A stretch of DNA of 64,000 nt, taken from positions 3,286,001 through 3,350,000 of the forward strand of contig JBNJNM010000011.1 of the NCBI GenBank assembly GCA_052426225.1, in the 5' to 3' direction. The stretch comes from Zancudomyces culisetae HAW-14-8 (lineage: Eukaryota; Fungi; Kickxellomycota). The notes under the pieces were generated by a model, which was not told where the DNA came from, made no database searches, and saw only the letters and a list, made by a program, of their open reading frames with translations. The position numbers were made by a program, and so were the translations under genes. This document shows positions 50,481 to 62,707 of this stretch, piece after piece. Position 1 is the stretch's first letter. Every line of letters begins with the position of its first letter.

Positions 50481-52079
50481 ATGGAAACAATGGGAAACGC
50501 TTATGAATACAAATTTCTACACGAAGCAGAGTTTATAGTGGGCGAGGACGATCCAAATACTAAGGAGACTCCAAATGATACTGCTGCCGGAAAAAAGGGA
50601 GAAGAAGGTAGCAAAGACGGCAAGGATGACAGCAATAAGGCAGAAGAATCAGCAGAAGATAATGAAAAGGACGGCAAAAGTAAGAAGGATTCTTCAAAAT
50701 CCAAGGAAAATGAAGGAGAGGAGGAGCAGAGACAGGAGGAAGAAGAGCAGGAGGTATACACGCTAGATGATCTTATTAGCAATGCATTGTTTGTAAACGG
50801 GCAGCTGGCAAGTGGAGCTATAGATTACGAAGTTGACAAGGAACCATCACGCCGTATGTCTGTTTCGAAAAAAATAGTCGAGAGTGGCGGTGCCAAGAAG
50901 ACAGTGCCTGTTCAGCAAGACTCTGAAAAGCAAAAGTCTGCTCCTGTAGAAACTGAAACTGAAGAGCCAAATAAAAAATCCAACATTGCCAGTGAAGATA
51001 ACAATAAGGATGAGGAGGCCAGCAAAGATGTGGTTGAAAAGAAGCTAGAAGCTGCAAATGCCGAAAACCCAGGAAATAACGAAAACAAGCTGATGGAGTT
51101 ATTTAATTCACAAAATGGTAATATGGAGAATGTAGAACTGAATAAAAAATCATCTGCTAATAAATCATCAGACAATGTAAATGCTGTTGAAAGTCCGTCT
51201 GATAACAAAAAGTCAGAAAATACTGAAAAAGCCGAAGAAAAGCCTCGGGTGGTATCTACTGAGCCGGAACAAGCACAGGCTGCAACTGGAGTTGAAGAAA
51301 GCATAGATCGTGGAAATGCAGTCAACCACCCTCTGCCTAGAGCCAGTGAAGCCATGTCATTTTCCAACATTAGTAAAGGAATGAATGCCACTGACACAAG
51401 TCAAATCCTTTTCACAGATACTGAGATTAGTCTGGCCAACTTGGATGATCTAAGTGCAAGCTACAATCGCGATCATGCAAATTCCCGTGCTAGAGAAAAA
51501 AATAGATCCCAGTTTTCCAGAATTGCAAATGTGCTTGCTCAGAGTTCGCACAATATACGAAGAAATATAGAGGATCTTGAGCAGCATTCAGCAAGATTCA
51601 GAATGAAAACAAAGAGTTTTATTATGGAGCCAACAAGAAGCTTTGCTTCGTTAGGTGTATCTGGATTTAATCAAAGTCACTCAAACATGAACGCGAATGC
51701 AAACACAAACTCGGTACATATAGTTGACTTACAAGATGCCATCAACAAAAATTCGTCAAACAATGCTAAAGAAAGACTCACCACTTTCCAAAAACTTATG
51801 GAACCTTTCAAATCCCTACAGCTACCAAATACAAAGACCAACAAAGCAAAAAACACAAAAAAAAGCACACAAGACCAAACACTGTTTTCGGCTGCTCCAG
51901 CCTCGTTTGGAAAGGATATTAGAAATATTATGAGTGATGCAGAGATTGCCGCCTGTACCCAAGACATGGCACCGTCGATTAACGAAAAGACTAACCAAAA
52001 AAATAAAAACAGCGATCCTTCTAAAAAAAGTATTTTTGATATTTCAAAGAGTTTCAAACTTTTTGGAATCAAAAAGTAA
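50481..52079 (+). CDS. hypothetical hydrophilic low-complexity protein
   Basis: 532-aa ORF rich in E/K/S/N; no recognised domain. Confidence 0.75.
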   Translation: METMGNAYEYKFLHEAEFIVGEDDPNTKETPNDTAAGKKGEEGSKDGKDDSNKAEESAEDNEKDGKSKKDSSKSKENEGEEEQRQEEEEQEVYTLDDLISNALFVNGQLASGAIDYEVDKEPSRRMSVSKKIVESGGAKKTVPVQQDSEKQKSAPVETETEEPNKKSNIASEDNNKDEEASKDVVEKKLEAANAENPGNNENKLMELFNSQNGNMENVELNKKSSANKSSDNVNAVESPSDNKKSENTEKAEEKPRVVSTEPEQAQAATGVEESIDRGNAVNHPLPRASEAMSFSNISKGMNATDTSQILFTDTEISLANLDDLSASYNRDHANSRAREKNRSQFSRIANVLAQSSHNIRRNIEDLEQHSARFRMKTKSFIMEPTRSFASLGVSGFNQSHSNMNANANTNSVHIVDLQDAINKNSSNNAKERLTTFQKLMEPFKSLQLPNTKTNKAKNTKKSTQDQTLFSAAPASFGKDIRNIMSDAEIAACTQDMAPSINEKTNQKNKNSDPSKKSIFDISKSFKLFGIKK

Positions 52080-53283
52080 TCCTTGTTAGCATCACAATCA
52101 CAATACCAGTACAAGAGCAAAATGCACACCTAAAAAATCTGGCAAAAATCTTATACTACCGATACCTTCTCCCTCACTTGTTCTTTTCTTTTTTTTCGTT
52201 TCTATTTTTTTTTGAATATTTACTAGCTATAAAATTGTAATAAAAATAATAATGTCAAGTACATTTTACTTTAAAAAAAAACATCAATGCTACATGGTGC
52301 TCATCTTATTTTTCGTGTCTGAATAATTTATTAGCTGGGTAGAAGTGAGGCAAAAGGGTAGATATGTATTTAATGAGCAAACAGCCTTTGGTAATTGTTC
52401 AAAAGAAGAAAAAGATGTTTTTTGCTTGTTTATCACTTATTTTGAAATAATACAAATACACACATTTTGATAGATATAATACAAAGCATACCCTGTTAAA
52501 ATAGGAGTGTTTTTGGTATATGGGGGTAAAACGTTTCTTGAAAATATATACTTGAAATATCTTCATTCCTCTGCATTCTTCTCAAAAATAAAAATAAAAG
52601 TAAGTACAAATGCACAAATATGCACACAGTGCAGTACAATCCATAAAAGAAAATGCGTTCTTGAAATACTTCCCAACGAGGATCAAGGCTAGCAACAATA
52701 AGAACCGCATTTCATGCTTTACACGTCACTTATACCACTATACCGCCAAAATAACGACTGGCACATTGCTGCAGTGCTATGATCCATATTTTTGCACTAC
52801 ACATCCAATGGCGACAAACACTTTGCAGACTCCGTATATTATTTCTTTCGGGCTTTCTAATGTTCTTGGAATACAGCTGAAAAATCATAACCAGTACCTT
52901 CTGTAAGGATTGTCTGTATGCTTTTTGCGTTTTTTTCATTTCATTTCATTTCGTCCACCACCATTGAATTTTGCACGCTGTTTACGCACTTGACCGATTT
53001 TTACACGCTATTTAAAAGTAAACAAAAAAATTTTTTGCTTTTTTTTTATAAACCAGTCCTATTCGCTCGTGGTCAGAGAAATAAATGGCAAGTAAATGTT
53101 CTGGAGATTTTTTTTTTCACAGTAAAGAATTGGTGATATTTGAACTTTTTTAGAACAAAAATATTTAGTTTATATTAGAGGAAAAAGGCTGTTCCCGTTG
53201 TGTTTATAAATTTGGCCTAGAAATAAAAGGACAGTAGAAGTAAATGCCGCATTAGTACCATCTGATAGAAAATTAAAGTAAAT

Positions 53284-54957
53284 ATGCTTGAAGATTCAAA
53301 GAGATTGGTAGGAAATAGTGTTAGATTTTCCGACATGAGCGAAACATCCAATCCGCAATTTAGATCAGATTTCAGTTTGGCTCCACAGCGATCGTTTCTC
53401 AGCGACACGATTGGGAGTAAAAATGCTGAAACACCTCTTTTCAGGCCACGCAAACTAGATAGCACCGGTTTCGGTGGGTCTGGATACAAGCTAGTGGGTA
53501 GCAGCGGAGGGAGTGCTGGGATTTTGGATTATAGACTAGAAGGAAAAGTTGATGGGCAACCTGGAAATTTGGGACAATTCAGATTCGATTCTATTTTTGG
53601 GAAGGGGAGAGAGAGAGGAATGGCATTAGAAACGGGAACGCCAACACCGACAGCCACAACAGCAACAACGACAACGAGAGGAGTAAGTAGGTGGGATGGG
53701 TTAGGAAAGCAAACCGGTGGTGATTCAGGCTCCCTTTTCGGAGGGGAATATCAGAGAGTTGGAGGGGATCAACAGACAGGATCCAAGGCGTTTTTCTCAC
53801 AAGGCCAGCCTGTAGATGTGGATGCTAGATATGATTTTTCACCACACAGGCTGATGGGGACGAAAGAGAGGAGGCGTGAGCAGCCCTTCCCAAATAGAGG
53901 CTACGAATTCATGCCGAATGTAAGTGGAGATGCAATCAGTGATAAAAAGACTGAAATTCCACCATTTTTACTGAGCTTGGCACAGGGGAAGGTGCCATTA
54001 AATACGCGAGGTCAAAATACTGGAATGAAAAATATTGGGCTGTACAAAAGGAAAGTAGGAGGAGACGACGGGTTGGGCGAAGAGAAAGATGTTGGTAATG
54101 ATATTGAAAAAATATATCGAATCGGAAGGAGTCAGCTTGAACAGAGGAGAACAACGCCATCATTGCTGAGCTATAAAAATCTAAGAACTTCGCGGAGGGG
54201 GTTTCAATTTGAGGAAGTTCCACCTAGTAAAACGCTAGACGAAGACGAATTACTAAAGACAGGCAGAAGGAGCATGTTTTCTGAAGAAGTGGTTACACCT
54301 GGAACGAAGAGAATGGATGCACTACAGATGTTCGATTCGGATGTTTTGAAAATGGAGCCTACAGGGGTGGTTGGCCAAGCCGTATTGCTTTTTGGTATAA
54401 ATTGGGATATGATAGATATCTTGATTGAGCATTTTGGGGGTTTCGGGAAGATAATGGCATTGTTGCCAGGAACTTCAGATAGTAACTGGGGGGTTTTAGT
54501 GTTCTCTGAAAAAGAAAGTTCACAAAAGCTTTTGGAGAGTGTAATTAGTACAAATGGTAAAATATCGATAGACGATGGAAGAATTATTCTTGGGGTTAGT
54601 CCTGCCGAACTAAACTCGCTGGAAATTTCTTTAACAAATTACAAGAAAATTAGACGGATAAGTGCAGCGCAGGATCAAGCGCTTGTCCAGGAAAAACATG
54701 CTGAGAAGGAAGAGGAAGATCCCTTTTCTTTTAGCAGAAAGCACGCGCAGTCTAGAAAACTTGCATCAAAGGATTCGTTGTTTTCTGCGTTCAGGAGAGG
54801 TCCCGACTCTGCATTGGATGGGCAGGTAAATGATATTGCAAGCAATGGAACCAGTTTGGAACGGTTATATGAGCTTTCCGTTGCTAAGGATAATGTAATG
54901 CAAATAAAATCTGATTCTGGGTTTTTGAAGCCGATTCTCAACTTTTTTTTTAAGTAG
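53284..54957 (+). CDS. NUP53: nucleoporin Nup53/Nup35-like (RRM-like domain, C-terminal amphipathic helix)
   Basis: 'AVLLFGI...LIEHFGGFGKI...SNWGVLVF...NGKISID..IILGVSP' fits the Nup35 RRM; C-terminus 'GFLKPILNFFFK' is amphipathic. Confidence 0.65.
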   Translation: MLEDSKRLVGNSVRFSDMSETSNPQFRSDFSLAPQRSFLSDTIGSKNAETPLFRPRKLDSTGFGGSGYKLVGSSGGSAGILDYRLEGKVDGQPGNLGQFRFDSIFGKGRERGMALETGTPTPTATTATTTTRGVSRWDGLGKQTGGDSGSLFGGEYQRVGGDQQTGSKAFFSQGQPVDVDARYDFSPHRLMGTKERRREQPFPNRGYEFMPNVSGDAISDKKTEIPPFLLSLAQGKVPLNTRGQNTGMKNIGLYKRKVGGDDGLGEEKDVGNDIEKIYRIGRSQLEQRRTTPSLLSYKNLRTSRRGFQFEEVPPSKTLDEDELLKTGRRSMFSEEVVTPGTKRMDALQMFDSDVLKMEPTGVVGQAVLLFGINWDMIDILIEHFGGFGKIMALLPGTSDSNWGVLVFSEKESSQKLLESVISTNGKISIDDGRIILGVSPAELNSLEISLTNYKKIRRISAAQDQALVQEKHAEKEEEDPFSFSRKHAQSRKLASKDSLFSAFRRGPDSALDGQVNDIASNGTSLERLYELSVAKDNVMQIKSDSGFLKPILNFFFK

Positions 54958-56082
54958 CTGTTTAGTTTTCTGGTTCAGTTATCAGTATATTAAATAAACC
55001 ATGCCATTTTTGATCGTACATTCGTGAGAAAAGAGGCAGATCCTAGCTTATTCCTATAAAAACAGCCGATATATCTACTCTTTTTTTACGGCTATTCTAT
55101 CCTCACTCCTGTACCAATCCTAATTCTTGACCTTATTGTGTTAGGTCATATTAAACAAAGCGAGGTATCAAGGGCAAATTCCATTTTCTCCCCTTTGTGA
55201 GTACATCTATGTATGTATGTACGTATGTCGAGAGGAGTGGGTATATTACAATACGGCTCTTTCTATAAAGAATTTTTTATATCCGCGTCTTTGAATAATA
55301 AACCTTGCCCTTGAATTGCTGCTTAGGGATTTGAGACATTGTAAAAATAAAACATCATTGTCCCAATTGAACAGCATTTTTTTGCTTGCTGGATTAAGCA
55401 ACTGAACACAAAAAAAATTCTTGGATTACTGAAAAGCGTATGAATTGGCATCCACGTTTTTATGTCAATATGAAACGAAAATTGAGGCGAATAACGAAAA
55501 GAAAAATGCCGCCGCAAAGAAAAGAAAAGAAAAGATAAGCATTTTTATTGGGTCTGAGCTGGTCCTGAAGTAAAATAAGCAAATCACCTTATGGTATCCT
55601 CCATCCTCCACCTCCCCAAAACCACGAGTTTGTGCATTACAAAGAACGCAATGTGAGGCCTGGATGGGCTCTTATTTTTAAATTCATGCATTTTCTTTGT
55701 TGGATATATCAGTTTTGTATTTATAGCAGAAAGTGTATAGTGAATGCAATATAAATCAATTTTGAACAATAAGACAAGAGGTAAAGATCAAATATAGAAG
55801 AAAGACCATACAATTCTGGTTGAAAAAACAGTAATTTTAGATAGATTCAATTTCGCAAACTGTGCATGTGTATGCAAGAGTGAATTACGTCAGTGTATCG
55901 AACTGCGAATGTTTTATTTTACTCTTGATGCGAGGGTATGTGTTGTTATCTGAAGAGAAATAAGATCAGATATATTATTCCAGAGGATTATATTATATTT
56001 CAAAGTCAAAGAAGCGTGGAAAGAAATAAAGATAAATATTAAAAGCCGAGTATAGAGAAAGGATCAGACAGAAAGGCCAAAA

Positions 56083-59000
56083 ATGTGGGGGTTTGTTCTT
56101 ACGTATATATCCGGACTATTGACACTTCCGACAGTTATAGCAATTACAATTCTGGTTTGGTACCTTAAGTCACCAAAGGTCAATCTTGCAACGAAAAAAA
56201 CGACAAAAACAACCTCTGATGAAAAATATGTGAATATAGCAGAAAAAAAGGTAGAAGATATTAGAGGCGGACGAAGGAAGTATGTCGATGGAAAACCAGC
56301 ACTGGCCAAGGAGGGAATGGAGATACCGAAAAAGGAGCGTGTTTCCCCCGAGAAAAAATACACTGTAGGAAGCAGTGAAGAGATAATATCAGGATGGATC
56401 AGAGTATCCCAGCCGGAATCAGCGAGTATTCTGACAGCTAGTGGACGGGTAATTTCAAGGGGAGGCACTATTTTTGCCAAAAATAAGAAGAAAGATCAGA
56501 ATAGAAAAGATGAAGAGCCGGAGAAACAGAGTTTTTCGCTTGAGAACAAAAACCGGATAAAAGGGGCGGTATCGTGTTTTGCACGACTACTAGGAGGTAC
56601 TCTGTCCTTGTATGATTGTGATGAGGAAAAAAAACAGTGTATAGGGACTTACTTGTTGTCAGAGTATGAAGTAAAACTACATACTGATGAGGAGTTTAGA
56701 GAAAGCAGAATTTATTCGAAAAAGTCACCAATAATTCTTCAAACCAAACAAGCACAATATGTATATGGTACTGAGACAAGCGATATAAAGGATGACAAAG
56801 AAACTGCGGAAGGTACACAAAAGCAACAAACTTTGAGTAAAAAAAAGGATGTCGCTACTAGAAAAGAAGAAAATGAAAAAATAGAAAGGAATAAAGAGGT
56901 AGTTTTATATATTTATACAGAGACTTCAATTAACAAAGAGGATTGGTATCTCGAACTACTGACATCATCCTTGATCAATGATGACAATCAAGAAAACGTG
57001 AGAAACAAAACAATAATATGTGAAGGGCTTCGATATGCAGCAGAAGACGATGAAAGGTTCGGGAAATGGGAGAATGAGATCGGGGAGACAAGTTGTGTTA
57101 TAGAAAGGGCAATAGAGAGATACTGCATCGGGATGCTAAAAACAAAAAAAATAAGGGATCTTTTTATTACCAAGCTACGACAAAAGTTTTCCAAACTTAA
57201 ATTACCAACGCTATTCTCAAGTATGACAATGACAGGGCTAGAAGTAGGAGAAGAAATACCAAAAATCAGCAATATCAGAATGAGCAGAGATAAGAATAAA
57301 CTAGGGCGCTTGGAGGTGGATTTTGATATGGAATATACAGGAGGATTCACTGTTACTGTGGATGTAGAAGTTAAATTGGTGAATATAACTTTGACGTTTA
57401 AAGTGATGTTTGAAAGCTTTGTTGGTCAAGGGAAGTTGGTTGTAAAGCGGCCACCATCGAACAGAATTTGGGTTGGGTTTAAAAGCTTGGATAGTCTAAA
57501 ACTGGAAATGCAGCACACAATTCTACAAAAGGAGATTAAATACAGAAAACTGATAAATGCTCTAAAGACAAGGCTTATAGAGTCGTTCAAGAGCTCAACT
57601 GAGTTACCAAATATGATGGATATCCTGTTTTTAAAAGCAAATGACACTGGTGGAATATATGAGGATATGCTGTATTATGGAGGTGACGAAGAGGATATTC
57701 CGTTTGTTGAAAGTAGTACAGGAACAGATTTCAACGGTTCACTCGCTACATCAGCAACACAAACTGCTGACGCGATCGTGGAACCAACAGATAAACTGAT
57801 ATCTGGAGGTAGTACGGAGAACATTAATGCTGGGGGAGTTGTAAAAACAAGTAGTTTTATTAACAAAGTATCAAGCATAAGAAGCAGGGTAAATAAAATA
57901 TTGACAGATAAGAGCCTGTCAACTGTAAGAACCGAGCCTTCTAATGTGGTTACCAGTGAGGGTAAGAAGAGCGTGATTACAGGGCATCTGGTCCAAGACA
58001 AACAGCAGGAGCAGATAATCAAATCGATGTTAAAGGAGCGGGACAATCGAAAGAGGACAAACTCCAACGTTTCGGCAATATCGTTGGAGGATGACCAAGC
58101 TGCTTCCAAGCTCCACCAAAAGTCCTCAGAATCGATGTTTTCGGATTCTGACAAGAAGTCAAAGGATGAACCAAAGAATCAGGCCAGAGAAGACGCCTAT
58201 TATTTGGCAGGCTCTAGTGGTACTGAGTCTAGAAGGAGTGTTTTGAAAGATACAACTACAAAAGACAATGCTCGTACTGAAGGCATTATTAAAAACAAGA
58301 CTACAGCATCACCAAATAAAATTCAACAGGATGCAAGTATTATACAAGATGTAGTCGACCAATATGCTAGTGTCAAACCCATACAATCTGGTCCTGAATC
58401 AAGTGCATCCAGAGCTGTGGATACAAAAGTACTAACGAAACCCAGCAAAGCTGCAATCACCCTTGCTAATGCTAATGCTGGTGTTGATGTCAACACAAAT
58501 ACACCAACAAACCCAATCATAAATCAAACCATAAAGCAAACCGTAAATCAAACTTTAAATCAAGACACAAACCCAACCGTCAACACCAAATCTAATTCTA
58601 GCTCTAGTTCTAGTTCTACTTCCAGTACACCTTTTCCTTCTAGTATAAGCACCACTACTACTCTTGTTGGGAACGCTGCTGAGCGGGCGGTCACAGATAC
58701 CAAAAACCATCTGACAGATAGCTCTCGTCCAAATACTGTTGATAGGATTTCACAGAAGCTAGAAATGGCAAGAAAGGGTAAAATGTCAGATGCTGATGGG
58801 TTTAGTGCTAGACTGCGAGCGAAAAATCAGTTGCTAGCAAGTTTGAAAAGCACCACGGCCACTAAAATACCATCCGATGATGACGATAATATCTCGATCA
58901 ACACAACTGCGTCCACAAGCACCTCTAGTAGTACCGACTCAAAACGGTCGGTTTTTGGTAAAACTAAGCACGGAATTTCTGGTCTCTTTTCAGCTGGCAA

Positions 59001-60288
59001 AAGCAAGCTGAGAAGTAAAAACTCAAATATCACCAACCCTACCATCAATGAAGGCACTAAAAATGACAGCATGTATCTTAAAACCAAGAAAATTGATCAT
59101 GCAACGCATGTAGAAGACCAGGTTGGCCATAAAGATCATTTTCTTGGGGACAGTGAATTTAAGCTTGCAGATCCAAAGATCTCCAATCCGCCCAACACTC
59201 AACAACTTAAAGACAAAAGCATGAACCATGATGGTACCCCTGCAATTGTCAATATGGATATCAATACCACTAAGCCCACCACTTCACAGTCACAGCAAGG
59301 TACACTCCGTCCTTCGCATATACATGACTCATCGGATACTCCCGAAGCTTCTTTAGAGCACCCACCTAGTTCTCTCGCCACCACTCCCCCCAAGGTCACA
59401 GCTGCATTTCCGCCGATAAATACAGACTCTTCCAATACTGGTACAGATACGAATGCTCCCACTTCAGATATCACAAAGAACAACGTTGGCGAGCCTGCCA
59501 CACCAAAACTCCCTGTAAATCAGGTGGGATATACTCCTGTTTCCATCAGTTTTCAAAAGCAACCAGATCAACCACCTACTACTGATGTTAGTCAACCCTC
59601 TTTACCTTTTCCCGACACTCACCTTCGCCGCACCTTTGACCTGAGTTCTCTTCCCGCCCTTGATGCAGCTTTACCTAAATATCCCTCGAGATCCGTTCAC
59701 GCCGCTCGCAACAACAGTGTTGATAGGACGGGAAAAGCCGCCTATACCTACCCAACCGATACACCTGCACTTGCAGCTAAGTCTGGTTCACAGCTCAGCA
59801 ATTCTACATCTCCACGATCTCCGTTGTTAATTGCAAGTCACAATTCTCCCAATACTGATCATCCTTTTTTTGGAGGTAGCAATAGTCTATACTCCTATCC
59901 CTCCGCTTCAAGTAAAAAAAGCTCCTTGAGAAGCTCCTTGGATTATACTGCGTCCCCATCACTAACATCAAATGTATTTTCTTCATCCACATATAGCGAT
60001 CGAAGCCCCTTAAATTCCGTTAAAGTTGACGATATAACCAATTTCGAGCGTTTGATGTCCCAGCCTCACCAAAATCCTGGATCCAGAAATCGGAGTGTAG
60101 TCCTAGACTTCGATGTACACTCTACCCCACAAAATACTATCTCTGGTGGTGGCGGTGGTACTAATGATGGCTTAAAGATCAATAACAACAGCGATGCTAT
60201 CAACAAGACTCTTGATTCCAATGGTAAAGAGAAGAAAGTTTTGGGCTCATATTCAGTGCTATTACAGCCTTTACCTAGACTTGAATAA
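56083..60288 (+). CDS. NVJ2: PH + SMP domain membrane-contact-site lipid transfer protein (Nvj2/TEX2-like)
   Basis: N-terminal TM 'YISGLLTLP', PH domain ending 'KEDWYLELL', SMP domain with 'KRPPSNRIWVGF' and 'LPNMMDI', long S/T-rich tail. Confidence 0.8.
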   Translation: MWGFVLTYISGLLTLPTVIAITILVWYLKSPKVNLATKKTTKTTSDEKYVNIAEKKVEDIRGGRRKYVDGKPALAKEGMEIPKKERVSPEKKYTVGSSEEIISGWIRVSQPESASILTASGRVISRGGTIFAKNKKKDQNRKDEEPEKQSFSLENKNRIKGAVSCFARLLGGTLSLYDCDEEKKQCIGTYLLSEYEVKLHTDEEFRESRIYSKKSPIILQTKQAQYVYGTETSDIKDDKETAEGTQKQQTLSKKKDVATRKEENEKIERNKEVVLYIYTETSINKEDWYLELLTSSLINDDNQENVRNKTIICEGLRYAAEDDERFGKWENEIGETSCVIERAIERYCIGMLKTKKIRDLFITKLRQKFSKLKLPTLFSSMTMTGLEVGEEIPKISNIRMSRDKNKLGRLEVDFDMEYTGGFTVTVDVEVKLVNITLTFKVMFESFVGQGKLVVKRPPSNRIWVGFKSLDSLKLEMQHTILQKEIKYRKLINALKTRLIESFKSSTELPNMMDILFLKANDTGGIYEDMLYYGGDEEDIPFVESSTGTDFNGSLATSATQTADAIVEPTDKLISGGSTENINAGGVVKTSSFINKVSSIRSRVNKILTDKSLSTVRTEPSNVVTSEGKKSVITGHLVQDKQQEQIIKSMLKERDNRKRTNSNVSAISLEDDQAASKLHQKSSESMFSDSDKKSKDEPKNQAREDAYYLAGSSGTESRRSVLKDTTTKDNARTEGIIKNKTTASPNKIQQDASIIQDVVDQYASVKPIQSGPESSASRAVDTKVLTKPSKAAITLANANAGVDVNTNTPTNPIINQTIKQTVNQTLNQDTNPTVNTKSNSSSSSSSTSSTPFPSSISTTTTLVGNAAERAVTDTKNHLTDSSRPNTVDRISQKLEMARKGKMSDADGFSARLRAKNQLLASLKSTTATKIPSDDDDNISINTTASTSTSSSTDSKRSVFGKTKHGISGLFSAGKSKLRSKNSNITNPTINEGTKNDSMYLKTKKIDHATHVEDQVGHKDHFLGDSEFKLADPKISNPPNTQQLKDKSMNHDGTPAIVNMDINTTKPTTSQSQQGTLRPSHIHDSSDTPEASLEHPPSSLATTPPKVTAAFPPINTDSSNTGTDTNAPTSDITKNNVGEPATPKLPVNQVGYTPVSISFQKQPDQPPTTDVSQPSLPFPDTHLRRTFDLSSLPALDAALPKYPSRSVHAARNNSVDRTGKAAYTYPTDTPALAAKSGSQLSNSTSPRSPLLIASHNSPNTDHPFFGGSNSLYSYPSASSKKSSLRSSLDYTASPSLTSNVFSSSTYSDRSPLNSVKVDDITNFERLMSQPHQNPGSRNRSVVLDFDVHSTPQNTISGGGGGTNDGLKINNNSDAINKTLDSNGKEKKVLGSYSVLLQPLPRLE

Positions 60289-60778
60289 TTTATTTTTTCC
60301 TTTTTCCTTTTTTCCTTCAATTCTCTTGATTTATTTTTCTTGGCATTAATCTGGCTGGAGTAAATGAAATATCACACGATTTCAAGGATCTCCAACTTTA
60401 GGCTCATCTACTCACCAAATAAAAAAAAAACAATATGAACTCTGATTATCACAAAAGTAAACAAAAACACAATGTAAAAAATCAGCCCAAATGAGATCAC
60501 TGATTGGGCTGGAGGCTTGTATCCTTTTCACATTCATATTTGTGGTTGTTTTTTTCAGTATTTCGTACTTTCCAGTTACTTTATTTAACATATAATTGTT
60601 ATTTTAAACATTTTGAGCGCTGATAGTATTTGCTATAAGAATCAATAAGTAAAGCGTGTCAAGTAAACAAACACATTCTCGGTCCTATTTTTAAAACATA
60701 TGGAAGAAGAATAACGATTAGGAAAAAGGGTAAAAGTAAAAATAACGACAATAATAATAACAGTGTCTGGCGGCCAAC

Positions 60779-62446
60779 ATGAATCGGCAGAGAAAACAAC
60801 AATTACATGCACACCAAGGCTCCAATAGTATCGGAGCTGAGGCTAGCAGCAAAAGCGAGTCTTTGAATCCAAAAACAATTGAATTAGAATTTTTTGGAAT
60901 TCCAGGAGTTGTCCTGGTAATGTTTGGTATGTCCTCCACGATCTTTTTCCTGTACCATTCCTGTAATGAAAAGGTGGGTTGTTCATTGCCAGCAAGTGCA
61001 GCCTCATTAAATCTGCTGTTAACCAGATTGCTGGACTTTTCCAACGCCTTTGATTTCAAGGCCTGTCTCGTCTACGCTTGCTGGTACGCGTTCCAGGCAT
61101 TGCTGTATTTGTATCTTCCAGGAGAAATTGTAAATGGGACTGTTCTGCGTAATGGGGATGTACTGAAATACAAAATCAATGGTAAGAAATTCTTCTTTTA
61201 TATTATCCTTTCTATAGATAAAATTAGGAAAAAAAGCAATTCATTTGAGCCATGCTGATTCCATGACTTTGTTTAAAATAAAAAGGCTTTAGAGCGATAA
61301 CCGTCACACTGATTTCCATGTATCTTGCGTACTCTGTATTCGGGTTCACTCCATTTATCTACGTCGCCGATCACTACCTCCAGCTTGCCACCGCCTCATA
61401 TATCTTTTCAACAATGCAATCAGTATTTCTATATGTTTACTCATTCAGAAAAAGCACAGATCCATCCTCACCAGAAACCATGTTGGCATTGGGTGGGAAT
61501 AGTGGAAGTCCATTATACGATTTTTTTATGGGTAGGGAACTTAATCCTAGGGTTGGGTCCATTTTTGATTTGAAATACTTTTGCGAGCTTAGACCGGGGC
61601 TGATAGGATGGGTAGTACTCAACATGTGCCTTGCAGTCAAGCAATATGTCACCTTTGGATATATTACCAACTCTATGGTTATTGTCTTGCTTACCCAAAA
61701 CTTTTATGTACTTGAGTCTCTTTGGAATGAGGTAACTAGCAACACGCACTAACCACTGTATGGATCGATATGCTTAAACAGAACCCTCTTGGCTAATATG
61801 CAAAATAATAATATATTTTTTATAGAGCAAAGTCTTGACTACCATGGATATCACTACTGACGGGTTTGGGTGGATGCTTTCCGTTGGTGATCTGAGCTGG
61901 GTTCCATTCACTTATACATTGCAAGCCCGCTACTTGTCATTTACACCTGTAGACCTTAGCTTTTTTTATGCCACCTGCGTATTCCTTCTCTCCATCACTG
62001 GATATCTTGTATTTAGACTAAGTAACACTCAGAAAAATGCTTTTAGAACCAATCCAAATAACCCAAAACTGAAACGTAAGTACTTCTACTTTTGTTTTTT
62101 TTTTCTTTACCCAGTTCAACTATAAAAAAAAAGTAAATTATTTGTACGTCTTGTTGATTTAGATTTGAGATACATTGAAACCAGAGCCAAAACCAAATTG
62201 CTGGTGAGTGGTTGGTGGGGCCTCGCACGGCACATCAACTACACTGGAGACTGGCTTTTAGGTCTTTCTCAGTGTCTCGCCACAGGATTTTCGACGCCGA
62301 TCACCTATTTCTTTTCTATATACTTTTTGATTCTGTTGGTACATCGTTTTTATAGGGATGAACACAAGTGTAAAGTGAAGTATGGCGATGACTGGGTCAA
62401 ATACTGCAGCCTAGTTCCTTACAAGTTTATCCCATATATCTACTAG
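60779..62446 (+). CDS. ERG24: sterol C-14 reductase (ERG24/LBR family); exons 60779-61181, 61286-61731, 61826-62075, 62163-62446
   Basis: 'LEFFG', 'YDFFMGRELNPR', 'DLKYFCELRPGLIGW', 'TTMDITTDGFGWML', 'LLVSGWWGLARHINYTGDW', 'KYGDDW.KY...VPY'. Confidence 0.93.
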
Positions 62447-62707
62447 TTTTAATTGCTCTATAAAAACATTTACTTTTTTTTCCAGGTATTCTGGCTATCT
62501 TCTATTATCCTTGGTATAGAATACTAACAGAATTTCTCAAGTCTTTCTTGATATTAGCATATAAAGGTTTTTCCATTAAACAAAACAAAAAAAAACAGGT
62601 GGGTAAAAATAAACATTTGAGATATCTGTACTTTATTTGGTATACAATCTTAAAGTCCTTTTAGTATCATATTAAAAGGTATATTATGCACGCTGACTCA
62701 AAGATCA

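Noticed and set aside
52730-52939. Short ORF with F-box-like 'IFQLY...SVCRHW'
   Set aside because: 69 codons followed by stops; no splice model found to extend it.
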